A DNA stretch of 64,000 nucleotides from Blasia pusilla (Eukaryota). Made by a program: the position numbers and the translations under genes. The notes under the pieces were generated by a model. The model saw only the letters and a list, made by a program, of their open reading frames with translations. It did no database searches and was not told where the DNA came from. The stretch's first letter is position 1. Each line of letters begins with the position of its first letter. The DNA lies in contig CM114271.1 of assembly GCA_050084515.1 (NCBI GenBank), positions 45,632,001 to 45,696,000 of the forward strand. The letters are read 5' to 3'. Positions 51,309 through 64,000 of this stretch are shown here, one piece after another.

Positions 51309-54130
51309 TCATCTACAATATGGATGTTGCCTTCCCATCTTTCTACCCTCATCAATGGTACATAATGACTCACTGACAACTGTGACCGGTTGAATCGTTC
51401 TATTGGGAGCTTCAAAAGCCCTATGTCCATCTAAACTGAACTCCAAAGTATTACATGATACCCTATGATTCTCGCCTACTTGTAGCACACTACTCGCCAT
51501 TCGGGGCGATTCTTCCATGTCTAGGAAGAAAGCTTGTTCAACCCGACTAGGGAATACAAAAGGTTCGAGACCATTGGTTGCATTTGCGAAGTTTGCTAGT
51601 AAGAATCCATCACTATCACGCTTCATTGTAGCCCTAGCCCCACGCCAATCTGGTCGCACCTAAGTCCCTTTCATGAGAATGATAGGATTGGATGTGTTCC
51701 CGTAGTCCAATTTCCAAAGGTCAGTTAGCTCTCCTATGTATCCCATTTGCATCCATCCTCTATCTTGGTGATTGCTCATTTGCTCGAATAAAAATATCAA
51801 CCTTGAATCATATGTGACAAAATGATCATCACTTTGATCTACCATACGGAAGTGGTTTCCATAGGCTTGCATTCTCTTGTAAGCTAAGACGGCCATTCGA
51901 GGTGGAGCAGACAGAAGGTAGACATCCCACTCCATATTTGGGTGTAGTGCTGAATGCTCTTGGATTGCCAATCGAATCCATTCTGTGAATGGTGGTAAGC
52001 CCCCCGCACCACCCCCAATATGTGCATTTTTCTCCATATTATATTTCATGTAGAGGTCATGCCATTATTAGTCGACTGGTATCTGGTGAGCTACGACATA
52101 AAAAAAATAAGGAAGCCAAATAAATGCAACAACACGTAGGCTTGAGTCATTCAACCCCTTACTTACCTCACCATGGTTGCATTACTCTAGTGTTTTGCAA
52201 CACATATTCATGAGCCATCTACCAAATATTTTTCGGCAATTACAATGGGGAACCTCTGCCTTGAAGAACTTCACCTAACGTTCCCTCATCTTCCTCCGCT
52301 TGCCATATCCTGGCCTTCACATGTTCAAACCCCGCTATATACTCTATCAAATATCCCAAGGTCTCGTGCGAAATGTAACCCATTGCCATGCTGGCCTCAG
52401 GCCTTTATCTTGTCAAGACGTGGTCTTTCAAGACTTTCATAAAATGCTCCAGTGGGAACATCCACCTCGTATAAATAGGCCCGTACTATCCAAGCTCTTC
52501 CACAACATGGATAACGAGATGACTCATGACATCAAAGAAGGCGGGAGGAAAATGGATCTCCAAATCGCAAAACAATTCTGCCACATCATCTTTGAGCTTG
52601 AGAAAGCTTGCTGGATCAAAGACCTTCACACATATATGACCAAACACCTTGCACAATTGCATGATTGCATTGTGAATAAAGCCGTGATCAATCCCCTTAA
52701 GCATACAGCGAATCTATTGCATAAGCACATGATAATCGTGTGTCTTCATACTACCGAGTTTCTTGTTTTTTACATGCTTTTTAAAGGCAACTGCATAGCC
52801 GGTCGGAGCTCTCTAAGATTGAAGCCTCGAAAGAATTTTTTCCCACTCTATGTTTGTGCAAACATAAGGTGCCTGGTATTTCAATACCACATTGGGTATG
52901 GTCTCATCATCCTTCAACCACAACCGAGAACGTATTCTCTCTCTTGGAGATCCAATCGCACTTGTTGTTGTGTCCTTCTCCCGAAAAGGAACCTCAATAG
53001 GCTCTCGCATACATTTTCTCAATATGCATTACGTCTAGATTGTGTTTGCTAGGGTCAACCTGTTAAACCACATATGACAACCATGAGTACAATCGATGAT
53101 AAACGAGCCTCAATTCTTGAAAGCATCTAGTGTGGCAAATAATAAACGTTGTAAGAGCGGATGGGTGACATAGATTACCCTCCAGTAGTCCAACTCCACA
53201 TCAAGTATGCTCTTCCGTTTCACACCATATCTCTGCCTCGGATCCCGTTGAGCATTTGGAGCTTCGTATCTTGGCATTCTAGTCCCCCTCTAAACCCCCA
53301 CTGTGCCTCTTTCCATGTCGTACATGGTCTTTGGTGTCCCAATCGAGAATCTGCTCTTTAGTGACTCGTGGAGGTGGACCACTTAAGCTCTCGGGCATTG
53401 TTGAATTGAACTATCTATGATGTCCTATATCTGTAAGGATGATCTAATGGGAGGAAACGTCGATGTCGAGTGTATTTCATGCTCCTCAAAGGTTTGGAAT
53501 GCTCACGAGTGAAATTGGGGCCACATGCAGTACAAGCCAAATACCCCTTTGTTGCTTGACTAGAAATCATGCCGTGGGCTGGATAATCTCCCAAAGTCAA
53601 TACCAATTGGGCTTGTAGCCTAAATGGGTTTGGTCTCCCAATCTGTTGCACCACATCATGGATCCAAATGCCTTTGTACCACAAGCGCTTCAACTCATCC
53701 ACAAGAGGAGCTATCCAAACGTCTGTATTCCTAGAAAGAGCAGATTGTGGGCCCGGGATTAGCAAAACCAATAAGACAAAAACTTTAGTATTCAACCACG
53801 GAGGGAGGTTGTAATTTAGCATGGTTACAAGCCAGCAAGAATATACATTGTTCTTGTCTCCGAATGGATTGACTCCATCGGTCGAGAGGCCAAGTCTCAC
53901 GTTCCTTGTCTCTCTTGCAAACTCTGGCCATCTCCGGTTGATGAATCTCAATGTTCTGAATCTCCGATGTGCGCCGCAGCCATCGATACTTTATTCTCGG
54001 ATGTCCAAGTCATCAACTTTGAAATTTTTGGGCTCCTGTACATCCATTTCAATCTAGGAATGATTTCAAAATGTCGAAGTACCTTGGTAGGCTGCATGGA
54101 TACGGATCCCTAGACACTTCATTGTACCCA
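51309..54130 (-). pseudogene. CACTA TnpD-like transposase (Transposase_21 / DUF4218 / DUF4216-like regions)
   Basis: RNVRLGLSTDGVNPF, YNLPPW, GDYPA, HRRFLPLDHPYR; CDLEIHFPPAFFDVMSHLVIH; GYIGELTDLWKLDY; EPFVFPSRVEQAFF. Confidence 0.9.
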
Positions 54131-55299
54131 AATCTTGCATGCTAAATGCAAAACAACTCCTTTAACTCCCAAGGAACTGGTGTATCTGGCGTCGCTCTCC
54201 TCCTGTCAACTTAGGGCCCATATCTGGCTCCCAAGTTTCCATCGTGACTACGGTAGGACTCTCATGCGTGCGTGTTGGTTGTTGCTATGGTGCAACCCAT
54301 CTCGCATAAATGTAACTCTCAACCCACGTGCAATTCCTCGCAACCACGCCGATCTTCGTGACTACCATCTCTGGCGACTTGCAAAACATCCCAAGAAGTC
54401 CGAGGTGTCTCTCCTGATCATCCCTAGTGTGTCAATCTCCTTGAATCTCGCCCTTGATCCACCGACTCAACCGTCTTGGTAGGCATTGGACTCACCAACG
54501 AATAATAGCTATGATCCGTCGCATCCTCAAACGATGCTACTCACCTCGCCTAAGCTAAAAATCCAGGTCAAGAGTTCATGTCCATTGCGTGACCCAAGAC
54601 ATGACGTCGCAATGCCTCACGATAGTGATGGTACTACCGTCACTCTTATGGGACTACCTCGTCAACACTCGATTGGCCGACACACGGCCAACCAACAATG
54701 ACCAAATCTATGGCCCTCCCCTGCTCCAAGTCCTACGCTCCCAACAATGAAATATCCCTTGGTAGGAACTATATTATCCTCGACAAGGGATGCAGACAAC
54801 AAGTAAGGAAAACGGAGACGTAACTATGCCAAATGGTGAAGTGAAGCACGATTGCAACATCATCAATCTCCATGTATATATCTTGATGCACGCGCACTCC
54901 TACCTACAAAACAACAAACTAAACGAGTGCCGATCCCTCCAAAGAGATCCAACACCCGAATATCCTCCTTTGGAATGCGCCACACAATGGGTGTGGTATC
55001 CAAGCGTCATCATAGCACTCGGTTATCTCGGTTTTTTCTGACCCATTACGCTTTGGTGCAAACATCTCGCTCCACGCTGTGCACATGCTCATGGCTAAGC
55101 ATCAAAGCTCCTTCTGCCGAGCCCCAAAGCGGCACCTCTCCTCCACGGATCGACCATCGCACCCCTCTCTCCATAACAATGTCAAGAATGAGAGTATCTG
55201 TGCATGGACATGTCCTCAATCAAATCACTAGGCCAAATGATGGTTTGCTAAATCTTGTTGAGGTTGCCATCTCTTATGGTTGGCGCTTCATCACTGCAC

Positions 55300-57455
55300 T
55301 TGTGAATTGAACGGGTAATGAGATAAGGCGCCCATCACCTGACTGCCATCTTGGTTTGTAGGATGCTGAATCCTCCTAGTAATCTAGGGGAAACCCCATC
55401 GGGTACAACACTGCTCCACCAACCAAGACGTCGTAGGATTCTAGATCGGTCACTACCGCCTTGGCTCACACCATGGACTCATCTATAGGGTGTCCGGGGA
55501 GAATCCTCACCACGACCTCACGTCGGGTGATATACTGTGTGGTACTCGCTATAACCAAGGATGTTGGTATCTGAAATGGACAACACTCCACATCGACCCT
55601 CATGAGGCCAAAACCTCTGAATGCCGCTTTCCCCAACATTAGGGGTTGCGCTCTTGAATCCAACAAGAAGCGTTGCAGACCAAAAGCTCTATCTCGTGGA
55701 CTCACGAACTAGAAGACCTCTCCCCAACTTTACAGCAAAAAAAAACCAAGAGAAGCCATGGCACTCTCTATCATGGGTCTAGCGGGCATCTCTGCCATCC
55801 TTGCAGCCGCAGCCTACCATGAATCTGACATGGATGGCCCAAGCATCAGCTCCAAGGGCAGGTCCAAGACCTCCTCTATAATCACCTCTAAACGTGATGC
55901 AGAACTCCAACTCCATGCTCACATCGCGTAGGCAAACAGCCGGAAAACCTTGACAGGCATACCTCCCAACGTCTTTACACTGGAAGCAAAAAGCAAAGGA
56001 GCGCGGTCCACAATACTGGCCACTCCTAACAACATGCTCGACACATGCTCCTCCTGAGCATCACCAATAGGAGTCGTTGCACTCCCTTCTCCCATTGCCC
56101 TACATGCCTGCACACCAACAACATCACCAACTCTCCGAGAACTCTGATCAGGACCCATCGATGGGGTCCTCATCGCCTCGGACAACGTGAAGGACTGAGG
56201 AAGCCTCGTCTATTTCCTGGCTTCCCTTCGCTATGGTCCAACTCTGCGCTGCTCCACAAGTAATAATTGCATCGGCCTCCATGTGGGCAACCTCGCACAT
56301 CCAACCAGGATCCTCCATATCTCTCGCGGCTCCACAAGACGTCGATGCCATAGATTTGGCATCGGGTAACCTCAATGCCATAGCATCAATATGCTGCTGT
56401 AGCTGTTTTATCTGAGCAACCATCCCAGCCACATGCCTGGAATCCCTCGACGCATCTAGGTGGTTGGACTCTACCTCCTCCATGGGCAACTCCACCATCC
56501 CCTTGGATGAATCCAACACCTCGTCCCCCAATGGGACCACCTAGTGCACGACCTCTGGGCCCACCCTGACCGGGAACTCACTATGGTGCCCTTTCAGGCC
56601 CTCGATCTAGACGTAACTCAAGGTGCAAGCTGAAACACCTAGAGCATGTGTGATCGTACCTCTGATAATAGTCACATTGATAACCTTATTATGCAGCACC
56701 ATCTCCTCCTCTATGCTGAGGCACGCAACCATGACCCTCACGAGTGCACTCATGATGATGATGGGCTCCACCACATGACCAACAAATAATTGTAAGCGGC
56801 TGCTGTTAAGCCGCATATGAAGGTGCAGGTCTCTGTGGCATGGCCTCCCGATATCCTCCCCGATCTCCCTCGCACACGTGTCCACAGGGTTTGGTCCAAC
56901 TTTGCGTACCATGACTGGATAGCTTGAGCCTCTATCACCCCTTAGTGAAGTTAATCAACCAATGCAAGTGGGTGTAGGCCTCACGCAAACTCTCAGCCGG
57001 GCGCCTCTAGAAGTTGTGAATGCTCCACAACTTCTTCGTCCGTACCCCGTGGTAGCTCGCCCTCAACTCAACGAAGAACTCAACCACGAGGTTGAACCAG
57101 GGACGAACTCGACCAGACGATGCAAGTGCTCTAGTGCTAGTCAACCATTGTACAACATCATTGGTGGAGGAACTCTCTCCTGACTCCTGCTCCTCACCTC
57201 GAAATGGCTCAATCCATGACACATAGTGTGGATCATAGTAGAGTCTCCATGCCTCAAGCTCATGGGCATATCTCTGCGAGAGCTTATGGTAGTCGTCCAT
57301 GGGTGCCCCCTCTAAATGTTGGAACATTCGGTTCCATGCTGTAAATGGGTTGAACTCTCAGGAGTTCCTGGCCCATTGTGAGTCACACCAACTTCTAAAC
57401 TCCTCAATGAAGTCGTGTAACTCTATAGTGCCTATAGCATCCAAAAATCCACGCG
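55300..57455 (-). pseudogene. Retroelement gag-protease fragment nested in the CACTA element
   Basis: FLLDSRAQPLMLG...YDVLVG (retropepsin-like, D-S-G read as D-S-R); gag-like ORF at 57007-57327. Confidence 0.6.
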
Positions 57456-57895
57456 GTCCTCTACCCCTCACTCAAGGAGTTATCCAAGAAAATTGGAAAT
57501 TTCACTCACACCTTGGAATGGTGGCTATGGCAGCCCAACAAAAATGATCATAACTCCATGCTTCAATCTCCAAATCATGTATTTCTTCCATAACGTACAC
57601 CACTTCTTGATCTACAACCTTATCAAATTGGTTCCACCATTTGATTTTCCACAAAAATTGTCAAAAATTATCGTAGCCCAAACGTCTCTTCTCCTACACA
57701 AAATTGGTAGCGATTCCACCTGATTTCTTCCAACAAAATGTAAAACCTATGAAACTACAAATCAACAAGCTACATAGTGCTCTTGAGAGCATCGACATGG
57801 GAAAAACTTTGCCCCATATTCAATCTTTATTAAAAATTGGGCAATATTTGTCAGATAGTACAATGAGCGATTTTGTAAGCCTGTTCCTCATTAAG

Positions 57896-58392
57896 TGTTA
57901 GATAGAGTTTTATTAGTATTATATAAATTAGACTATGAAAGGAAATTCTCATGTTTAAACCTCTTTATGATGCCTCTTTTATGTAGGCCCAACTTTAGGA
58001 AAAGAGGTAATAAATAAAAGATGACTTTATAAAAGAAAAAGTAGTCTTGGTTGGTGGCTAGGTTAGTTGGGATAATTTAAAAAATATCAAGTGTGTAAAA
58101 GAGGATATTTTGGAAGAGATAAGAGGAAATCTACTTGTGTCAAAATGTGATCGGCTAAACTTTGAAAGGTAGCCATGTGGCACAAGATAAGATTAGCTCT
58201 ATTTCGTACTCGTGTGGATCCCTTGTGAGTATATAAAGAGGAGGGACTTTCAAGGGTTCATCACCTTCTATTTCACATCTTGAGTCTCTTGAGTGTATGG
58301 ATTTGGGATTGCTCGCTCTTCCAATGAGAGTGGATCACCCCTCTTGGGAGAGTAACTTGACCATGGTCTATTGTTCGAGAGGTTTCTAAAAT

Positions 58393-58425
<33 letters not shown>

Positions 58426-59102
58426 AGATGAGAGGCTTGCCACCTTAGAGGATTTTAGTCATACTAAAATAGTGAATTTTTTGGCTTCTTATTTTCCCAA
58501 TGAGAATGGATTATCCCTCTTAGAAGAATAATTCCGCCAAAGCCCATTCTTGAGGAGAGTAGAGAATGTCTATCAAGCATGGATAGGGATGGAACACGAG
58601 TTCTTCCTGACTTTCCTTTCCTAAATCCTTACCATGTCAAGGTATTCTTTGAAGATAGGCACTGGTTCACACGTTATTTAGTTTATCACTTTGGAGAGGT
58701 GTTCATGAACCAGGACATGCAATATCCAACTCCGGTGATTCTTCCTATCGTCACATATGGAAGGACATGGGATTGTACTTTGTATGTCCTTATATAGCGA
58801 TCCATGGACGTCAATAGGCCTGCACAAGTAGGGCTTAACACTAATTGTGCTATCTTCTCGTGTACAAAAGCGTAAAGTAGTTTATAGGGATTTTATTGTT
58901 AGGAATTTCGGGGTCCGATGTTACTAAGAAGTGATCGCTCTCGGCGCTTCCATTTGTGATACCTGTCGTGAGAGAATGGAGAGTATACATAATAATTTTG
59001 TATTGAAAAAGGAGAACCTCTTAGAGAGTTCATCTTGCATCGATCACGTCTGCTACAGCTAGAAGGTCCGCCCTTACTCGAAGAAAGGCTCTCCACACGA
59101 CA
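57896..59102 (+). mobile_element. LTR (C-type family) followed by a tRNA-Thr-like PBS (59105-59122)
   Basis: TGTTAG...CACGACA, TATA at ~58230, internal (GT)n and an internal duplication; homologous to 62863-63736; PBS tggtgcttccactgagag. Confidence 0.8.
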
Positions 59103-59232
59103 AATGGTGCTTCCACTGAGAGATCTTTGATGCGATAGACTGTTTTTGCAAGTTGGAGTCTTATCAAGATGACTACTGCTGATAGTACTTCAAAGGTCCG
59201 CCCTTCCTCGAAGAAAGGTTCTCGACACGACA

Positions 59233-59923
59233 ACGCTTCCGCGTGCCACTCTTCCACACGAAAAATCGGCAAAGGAAACATCAAAAGTAAGCAGCTCTTG
59301 CTTTGGTGAGCTCTTTCATGAACCGCTGAATAGGGAATAAAATCCCTAACCTGCAAATCAAAACCAGCGAGCTTCCCCATGAAGCTCTCTCACTCATTAA
59401 TTTCTCTTTTTGTAAATCAAGTAATTAAATCCAATCTCTCTCACCACCATAGCTCTCAAATGTGTGCACTTTCTCTCAATGTCAAACCAAGTCCACTCTC
59501 CTAATGAGAGGCTTTGGTTGCACTCACAAGGCAAGGGACCAAAGGTCCGCCGCCTCATGCCAAGAGGTTCAACAAAAAGAGAATAAGCTCTTAAGCTCTC
59601 TCTCCTTGAGGTATACTACCTTCCCTCTCCCAAACTCTCTCTTCGATAACTATGCTCGTAGGTCACCTGCTTTGCTCTTAACCTGTTGTAGCGGGTCAGG
59701 GCCACTTCCCAAAGTAGAAAGTAAACTCTACCAAACATTGAAACTTACCCAAAATAGTAAATTTCTCTATATGGCTCCAAATGAGTCGAAAGCGAAGGAG
59801 AAACCTACTCTCTCAAGTTTCCTACGACCTTAGCACGTCATCCTCGACCACCTAAGTCTGGCCTCTTCTACTACATAAGCCGCTCTCACGAGATCTCTCG
59901 ACCTATCCTAAAAAGTTGTGACA
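59233..59923 (-). mobile_element. LTR (Y-type family)
   Basis: Aligns with 32427-33275 but lacks the long AG run; ends aaagttgtgaCA. Confidence 0.75.
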
Positions 59924-59983
59924 CATTCTTTAAGTGAGTCATTTAGAGTCTAGTCATAAAACCACCTATTTCTTTTAGTGTAA

Positions 59984-61217
59984 TCGATCTATCCTAACAA
60001 ACGTGACAATTTTCGTGCGCATACACATTGCTATACAACATACATCATTGTCACCAAACATACACACAAACATACATGATCTCATGCTAACTCATAGAAT
60101 TCACACAACAAAATGAGAAGTACCAAAATATCTCCAATCGCCCCCTTAGCTAGTGGTTAGATCCCTCTAACTCGAGATAGCCACCTATCCCTACCTACCA
60201 TGATATACATCTCTCGGACGCTAAGAGCAAAAGATCGGATGCTCATGTGGCCCCATCATTAGTTGCCTTCATGTCATCCATGTCACAAACACAAGTTGGA
60301 ATCTAGAACTACCTACTTTATGTACATCTCAGGCACATCCATCATTCCCTAAGAATCTTAGTGAGAGGTGACGTCAAACATGCCATATGTCATCTTGTTG
60401 AACATCCATCATACACTAGCATAGTGGCTGCACTACAGGCGGAACCACACAACATATATGGCAAGCATGCAAGAACTACTGCTAAGCTTGGATCAACTTT
60501 ACCATCAATGTTAGGAAGGTGACATGGCGCACAATTACACACATGATCCTTCCAAACCATACCATCACATCCCTCCAATAAGAGAACACTAGATGGAAAA
60601 ATCTCACGCACTCTCAAGATGGATGTAAGTGCGCCTAAACTTACATCCAATGTCATGGATACTGGAAATCTGCAAGTAGACATAGTCCTGATGAAACCTC
60701 CGGATAGTTGGTCGATAATCAACTCCCGAATAGTCACATACCTCAACGTATCCCCATGTTACGTAATCGCCACGTTCTCAAACGCCATGGGCATCACTCT
60801 CCAAAATAACTAAGCCCCCTGAGAACATGCTCACATCCATATATCAGGGTCATCAAGATTCAACACCTCACCAACATCTCGACAAATGGCTATAGGTAAA
60901 TCCAACTCTCGGCCGTAAAGGAGCAAATACGATGAGAAAGACACTAAGGATGCTTGCTTGTTGAATTTGTATCTAATCGCCAACCACGGCAACTAGAGGT
61001 CCCAATCTCTTAGGTGATCTGCTTGCAAGCCATACTTGCGTAATCCTCTCTTCACCGTTTGCACAATCCTCTCCGGTAGTCCATATGCCTTAGGATGATC
61101 TCGAAAAGTGATGCAATGTTCGATCATCACTTGATCACACAAGGCCTGAAACTCCTCGCAAAACTCTGTACCTTTATCTGTCAAGACCTCCGCTGATGCG
61201 CTGTAATGATTTAGCAT
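59984..61217 (-). mobile_element. Second copy of the PHD-integrase Ty3/gypsy 3' end (integrase core, PHD, PPT, x segment, LTR stub)
   Basis: [10 protein letters not shown]...GLPERIVQTVK (rve); degenerate PHD at 60318-60460; 60011-60843 aligns with 43120-43944. Confidence 0.88.
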
Positions 61218-62860
61218 TCAATCTAGGAAGGCATACTTGCCACCAATACTGTATTTGGAGCAAGTTGTATGACCACTTTGAATACTTAGTCATGCCATTT
61301 GATCTTACTAATGCACCTGCAATCTTTATGGGCCTAATGAATGATATCTTTCGTCCATATTTAGACAAATTAATAACATATCTAAAGTGGACATTCACTC
61401 TAGTTGGTGGAAAAAGTTATCCAAAGCCACAAATGAGGATGAAGAAATTGCAGTTGCTATTCATGCCAACAAAGTATACAAGGCTCAAGGATTGGTTTTC
61501 CATAAAGATAAAGTATGGATCCCACAAGATTCACAATTACGCATTGAAGTATTTTCTGAAGCTTATGACACAGTCATTGCAGATTAGATGGGAGCTGAAA
61601 AAGCCTTAGAGGGATTACAACGGGCATACTATTGGCCCAAAATGAGAAAAGATGTTGACGTATATGTAAGGAGTTATAGGATTTGTTAACAAATCAAGGC
61701 TAGAAACACAGAATCCGTTAGATTGTTGTAGCCCATCCCAATACCTCAAAAACATTGGGAACAAATCACTATTGATCTTGTTTGTGAGCTACCATGCGAT
61801 CACGGGATATGACTCTATTGTGGTCTTTGTGGATAGACTAAGCAAGATGATACACCTTCGTCCGACCAAGAAGACTGTGATTGCACCAGAGTTGGCTAGG
61901 ATCTACATCGAGACAGTCTTTGTCCATCATGGTCTTCCTAAAGTGCTTATCACTAATAGGGGAACCCATTTCACGAGTTTATTTTGGAAAGCTTTATTTG
62001 GATTGCTCCAAACTAAACTAGCCATGTGTCTGACTTATCACCCTCAAAGTGATGGACAAGTGAAAAGGGCCAACTGTACCATTGAGGATATGCTACGCGC
62101 CTTAACATTGGAGGATCAACAAGGATGGGACTCATTTTTACCCTTAGTAGAGTTCTCATACAATATCTCCATGAACTCTTCTACTAAGGCCACACCGTTC
62201 TTTTAAATGCATGGCAAGTATTCCTCAATTCCTTCTAGTCTCACTTGAATAGGGAGAAGTCTGAGGGAACCTACAAAAGTAGCTGCAATTAATGAGTTTG
62301 TGGACCAAATTCTTAAAAGGGGTTCAACTTGCTAAGAGAGAGGTTGGCTATTTCCCAAAATTCACAAAACAAACATGCAGATGCTTATCGTAGAGATGTT
62401 GAGTTTTTGAAGGGACAAGGTTTGTTAGCAACAACCAATTTATCATTAGTAGGAGTTAGTAAAAGCTTAATCCTCGCTATATTGGGCCTTTCACTATCCT
62501 ACAAAAGTAGGGGCGCCATGGCGTATAAGCTAGACCTACCGATGTATATGAAAATCCATCATGTGTTTCATGTCTCTCTCTTCTTTGACCGTTTATTCCA
62601 CGCCCTAGAGATTTAAGGATAATATTGTCACTCCACCACTATCTCAAATAGTTGGAGATCATGAAGAATTTGAAGTGGAACGTATCTTGGAAACGCACTC
62701 GAGAAGCTCATCACCTGTGAGTTGAATATTTGGTCCAATGGAAAGGATATCCACTATTTGAGGCCACATGGGAACCCTCACCAACTTGGCCAACGCACCA
62801 TTAATAGTACAACAATTTGAAAGTTCTCACAACAAGGACATTGTGTCTTAAATGGGGAGG
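61218..62860 (+). pseudogene. Chromovirus (Ty3/gypsy) fragment: RT piece, integrase, GPY/F motif, chromodomain, PPT
   Basis: [50 protein letters not shown]...YLVQWKGY..EATWEP; PPT aaatggggagg at ~62850-62860. Confidence 0.9.
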
Positions 62861-62862
62861 TT

Positions 62863-63736
62863 TGTAGCCACCCTTTGTTAGTAATAGTTAAGTTAGAATC
62901 TATGACATAGCGCATAAGTGGAAAAGAATCAACCAAAAGAGAAAAAGATAAGATACATGATATAAAGATGAGAGGGGCCATAGGTTGGTGAAAAGGAAGA
63001 CAAGGATGAGGTTGAGGAAAATGAGGTTGAGACATTAGACTCTAAAGGAGATCCTCTCATGCTATGAGAGTAGGACACGTGGCATAAAGATAGGTAGAGC
63101 TAATTTGTCTTCATTGTACCTATCTCTAAGTATATAAAGGAAGAGGAGAGGCCTTGAGGGATATTCTACCTTTGAGCAACTCTAGAGTGGTTCAGTTAGA
63201 GGATGTTTGTCAAGTATGGATAGGGGTGGACCACGATTTTTGCGGATTTTTTCTTTTCTTAACCCGTAGCACATCAAGATTCTCTTTGTAGATAGGTACT
63301 GGTTCACTTGCTATCTAGTTTATCACTTTGGGGACTAGTCATGAACCAAGTCATGCAATCTCGAACTCTGATGATCCTTCCTATAGTCACGTACGGAAGG
63401 ACATGGGATTACACTTTGTATGTCCTTATATAGCTATCCATGGACATCAATAGGCCTGCTCAAGTAGGGTTTAACACTAGTTGTGTGATTTTCTTTGTGT
63501 ACAAACGTAAAGTAGTTTACAAGGACTTCATAGTTAGGAATTTCGGGATTCCATGTTATGAAGAAGTGATCGCCTCGGCACTATCTTTCGTGATTCCTAT
63601 CGTGAGAGAATGGATGGTTTACATAATAATTCTGTATTGAAAAAGGAGAAAGTCTTATAGAGTTCGACTTGCATCAACCACGTACGCTGCAACTAGAAGG
63701 TCCGTCCTTACTCGAAGAAAGACTCTTGACACGACA
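62863..63736 (+). mobile_element. LTR (C-type family) followed by a PBS (63739-63756) and the start of a gag ORF (~63830 to window end)
   Basis: TGTAGC...CACGACA, TATA at ~63131, PBS tggcacttccactgagag; MGTQGAEELL...LG*FDGRNITKY. Confidence 0.82.
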
Positions 63737-64000
63737 AATGGCACTTCCACTGAGAGATCTTTGAGGCGGTAGATTGTGTTTGCAAGTTGGAGCCTTGTCA
63801 ATATGACTACTTTTTGGAGAACTTCATCAATGGGAACTCAAGGAGCTGAGGAACTTCTCCGAACTTTGACAACATTGTTGAGCCAGCAAGGAGGAGTCCA
63901 CATAGGAGAGCAAAAATCAACAAGGCCTCTCCAAGCGATTGTAAAGAAGTTGGGGTGATTTGATGGGAGGAACATCACCAAGTATGTTCTAGAGTATGTG

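Larger units (their letters stand above)
46855..59980 (-). mobile_element. CACTA/En-Spm DNA transposon with nested insertions
   Basis: CACTA at 46855 and TAGTG at 59976-59980; ATGACT/AGTCAT subterminal repeats at both ends; transposase remnants inside. Confidence 0.8.

Noticed and set aside
52300-53052. 250-aa plus-strand ORF
   Set aside because: Antisense to the CACTA transposase; no recognisable motifs.

Overview
Eukaryotic nuclear DNA from a land plant. The TE repertoire suggests a non-seed plant, but that is inference only. There is one host gene, a 15-exon malectin-like/LRR receptor kinase (23072-29711, +) with a single 1-nt frameshift, followed by a decayed partial tandem duplicate (~33.9-37.2 kb). 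The rest is nested, mostly decayed TEs: two inverted copies of a Mutator-like element (GCM-like Zn domain, DDE core, SWIM finger, arrays of palindromic CAACCCGTCGG-type motifs); a Helitron RepHel relic; a near full-length LINE preceded by a 177-bp tandem array; a hAT MITE; a CRE-like RT fragment; a non-autonomous Helitron; a Ty1/copia 5' half; a CACTA element; a chromovirus fragment; and a plastid trnfM insertion. The most unusual item is a Ty3/gypsy family, present twice, whose integrase ends in a PHD finger and whose 3' end reads ORF-PPT-x-NN-LTR(Y+x), like a built-in circle junction. All family assignments come from motif recognition by eye; no searches were run.
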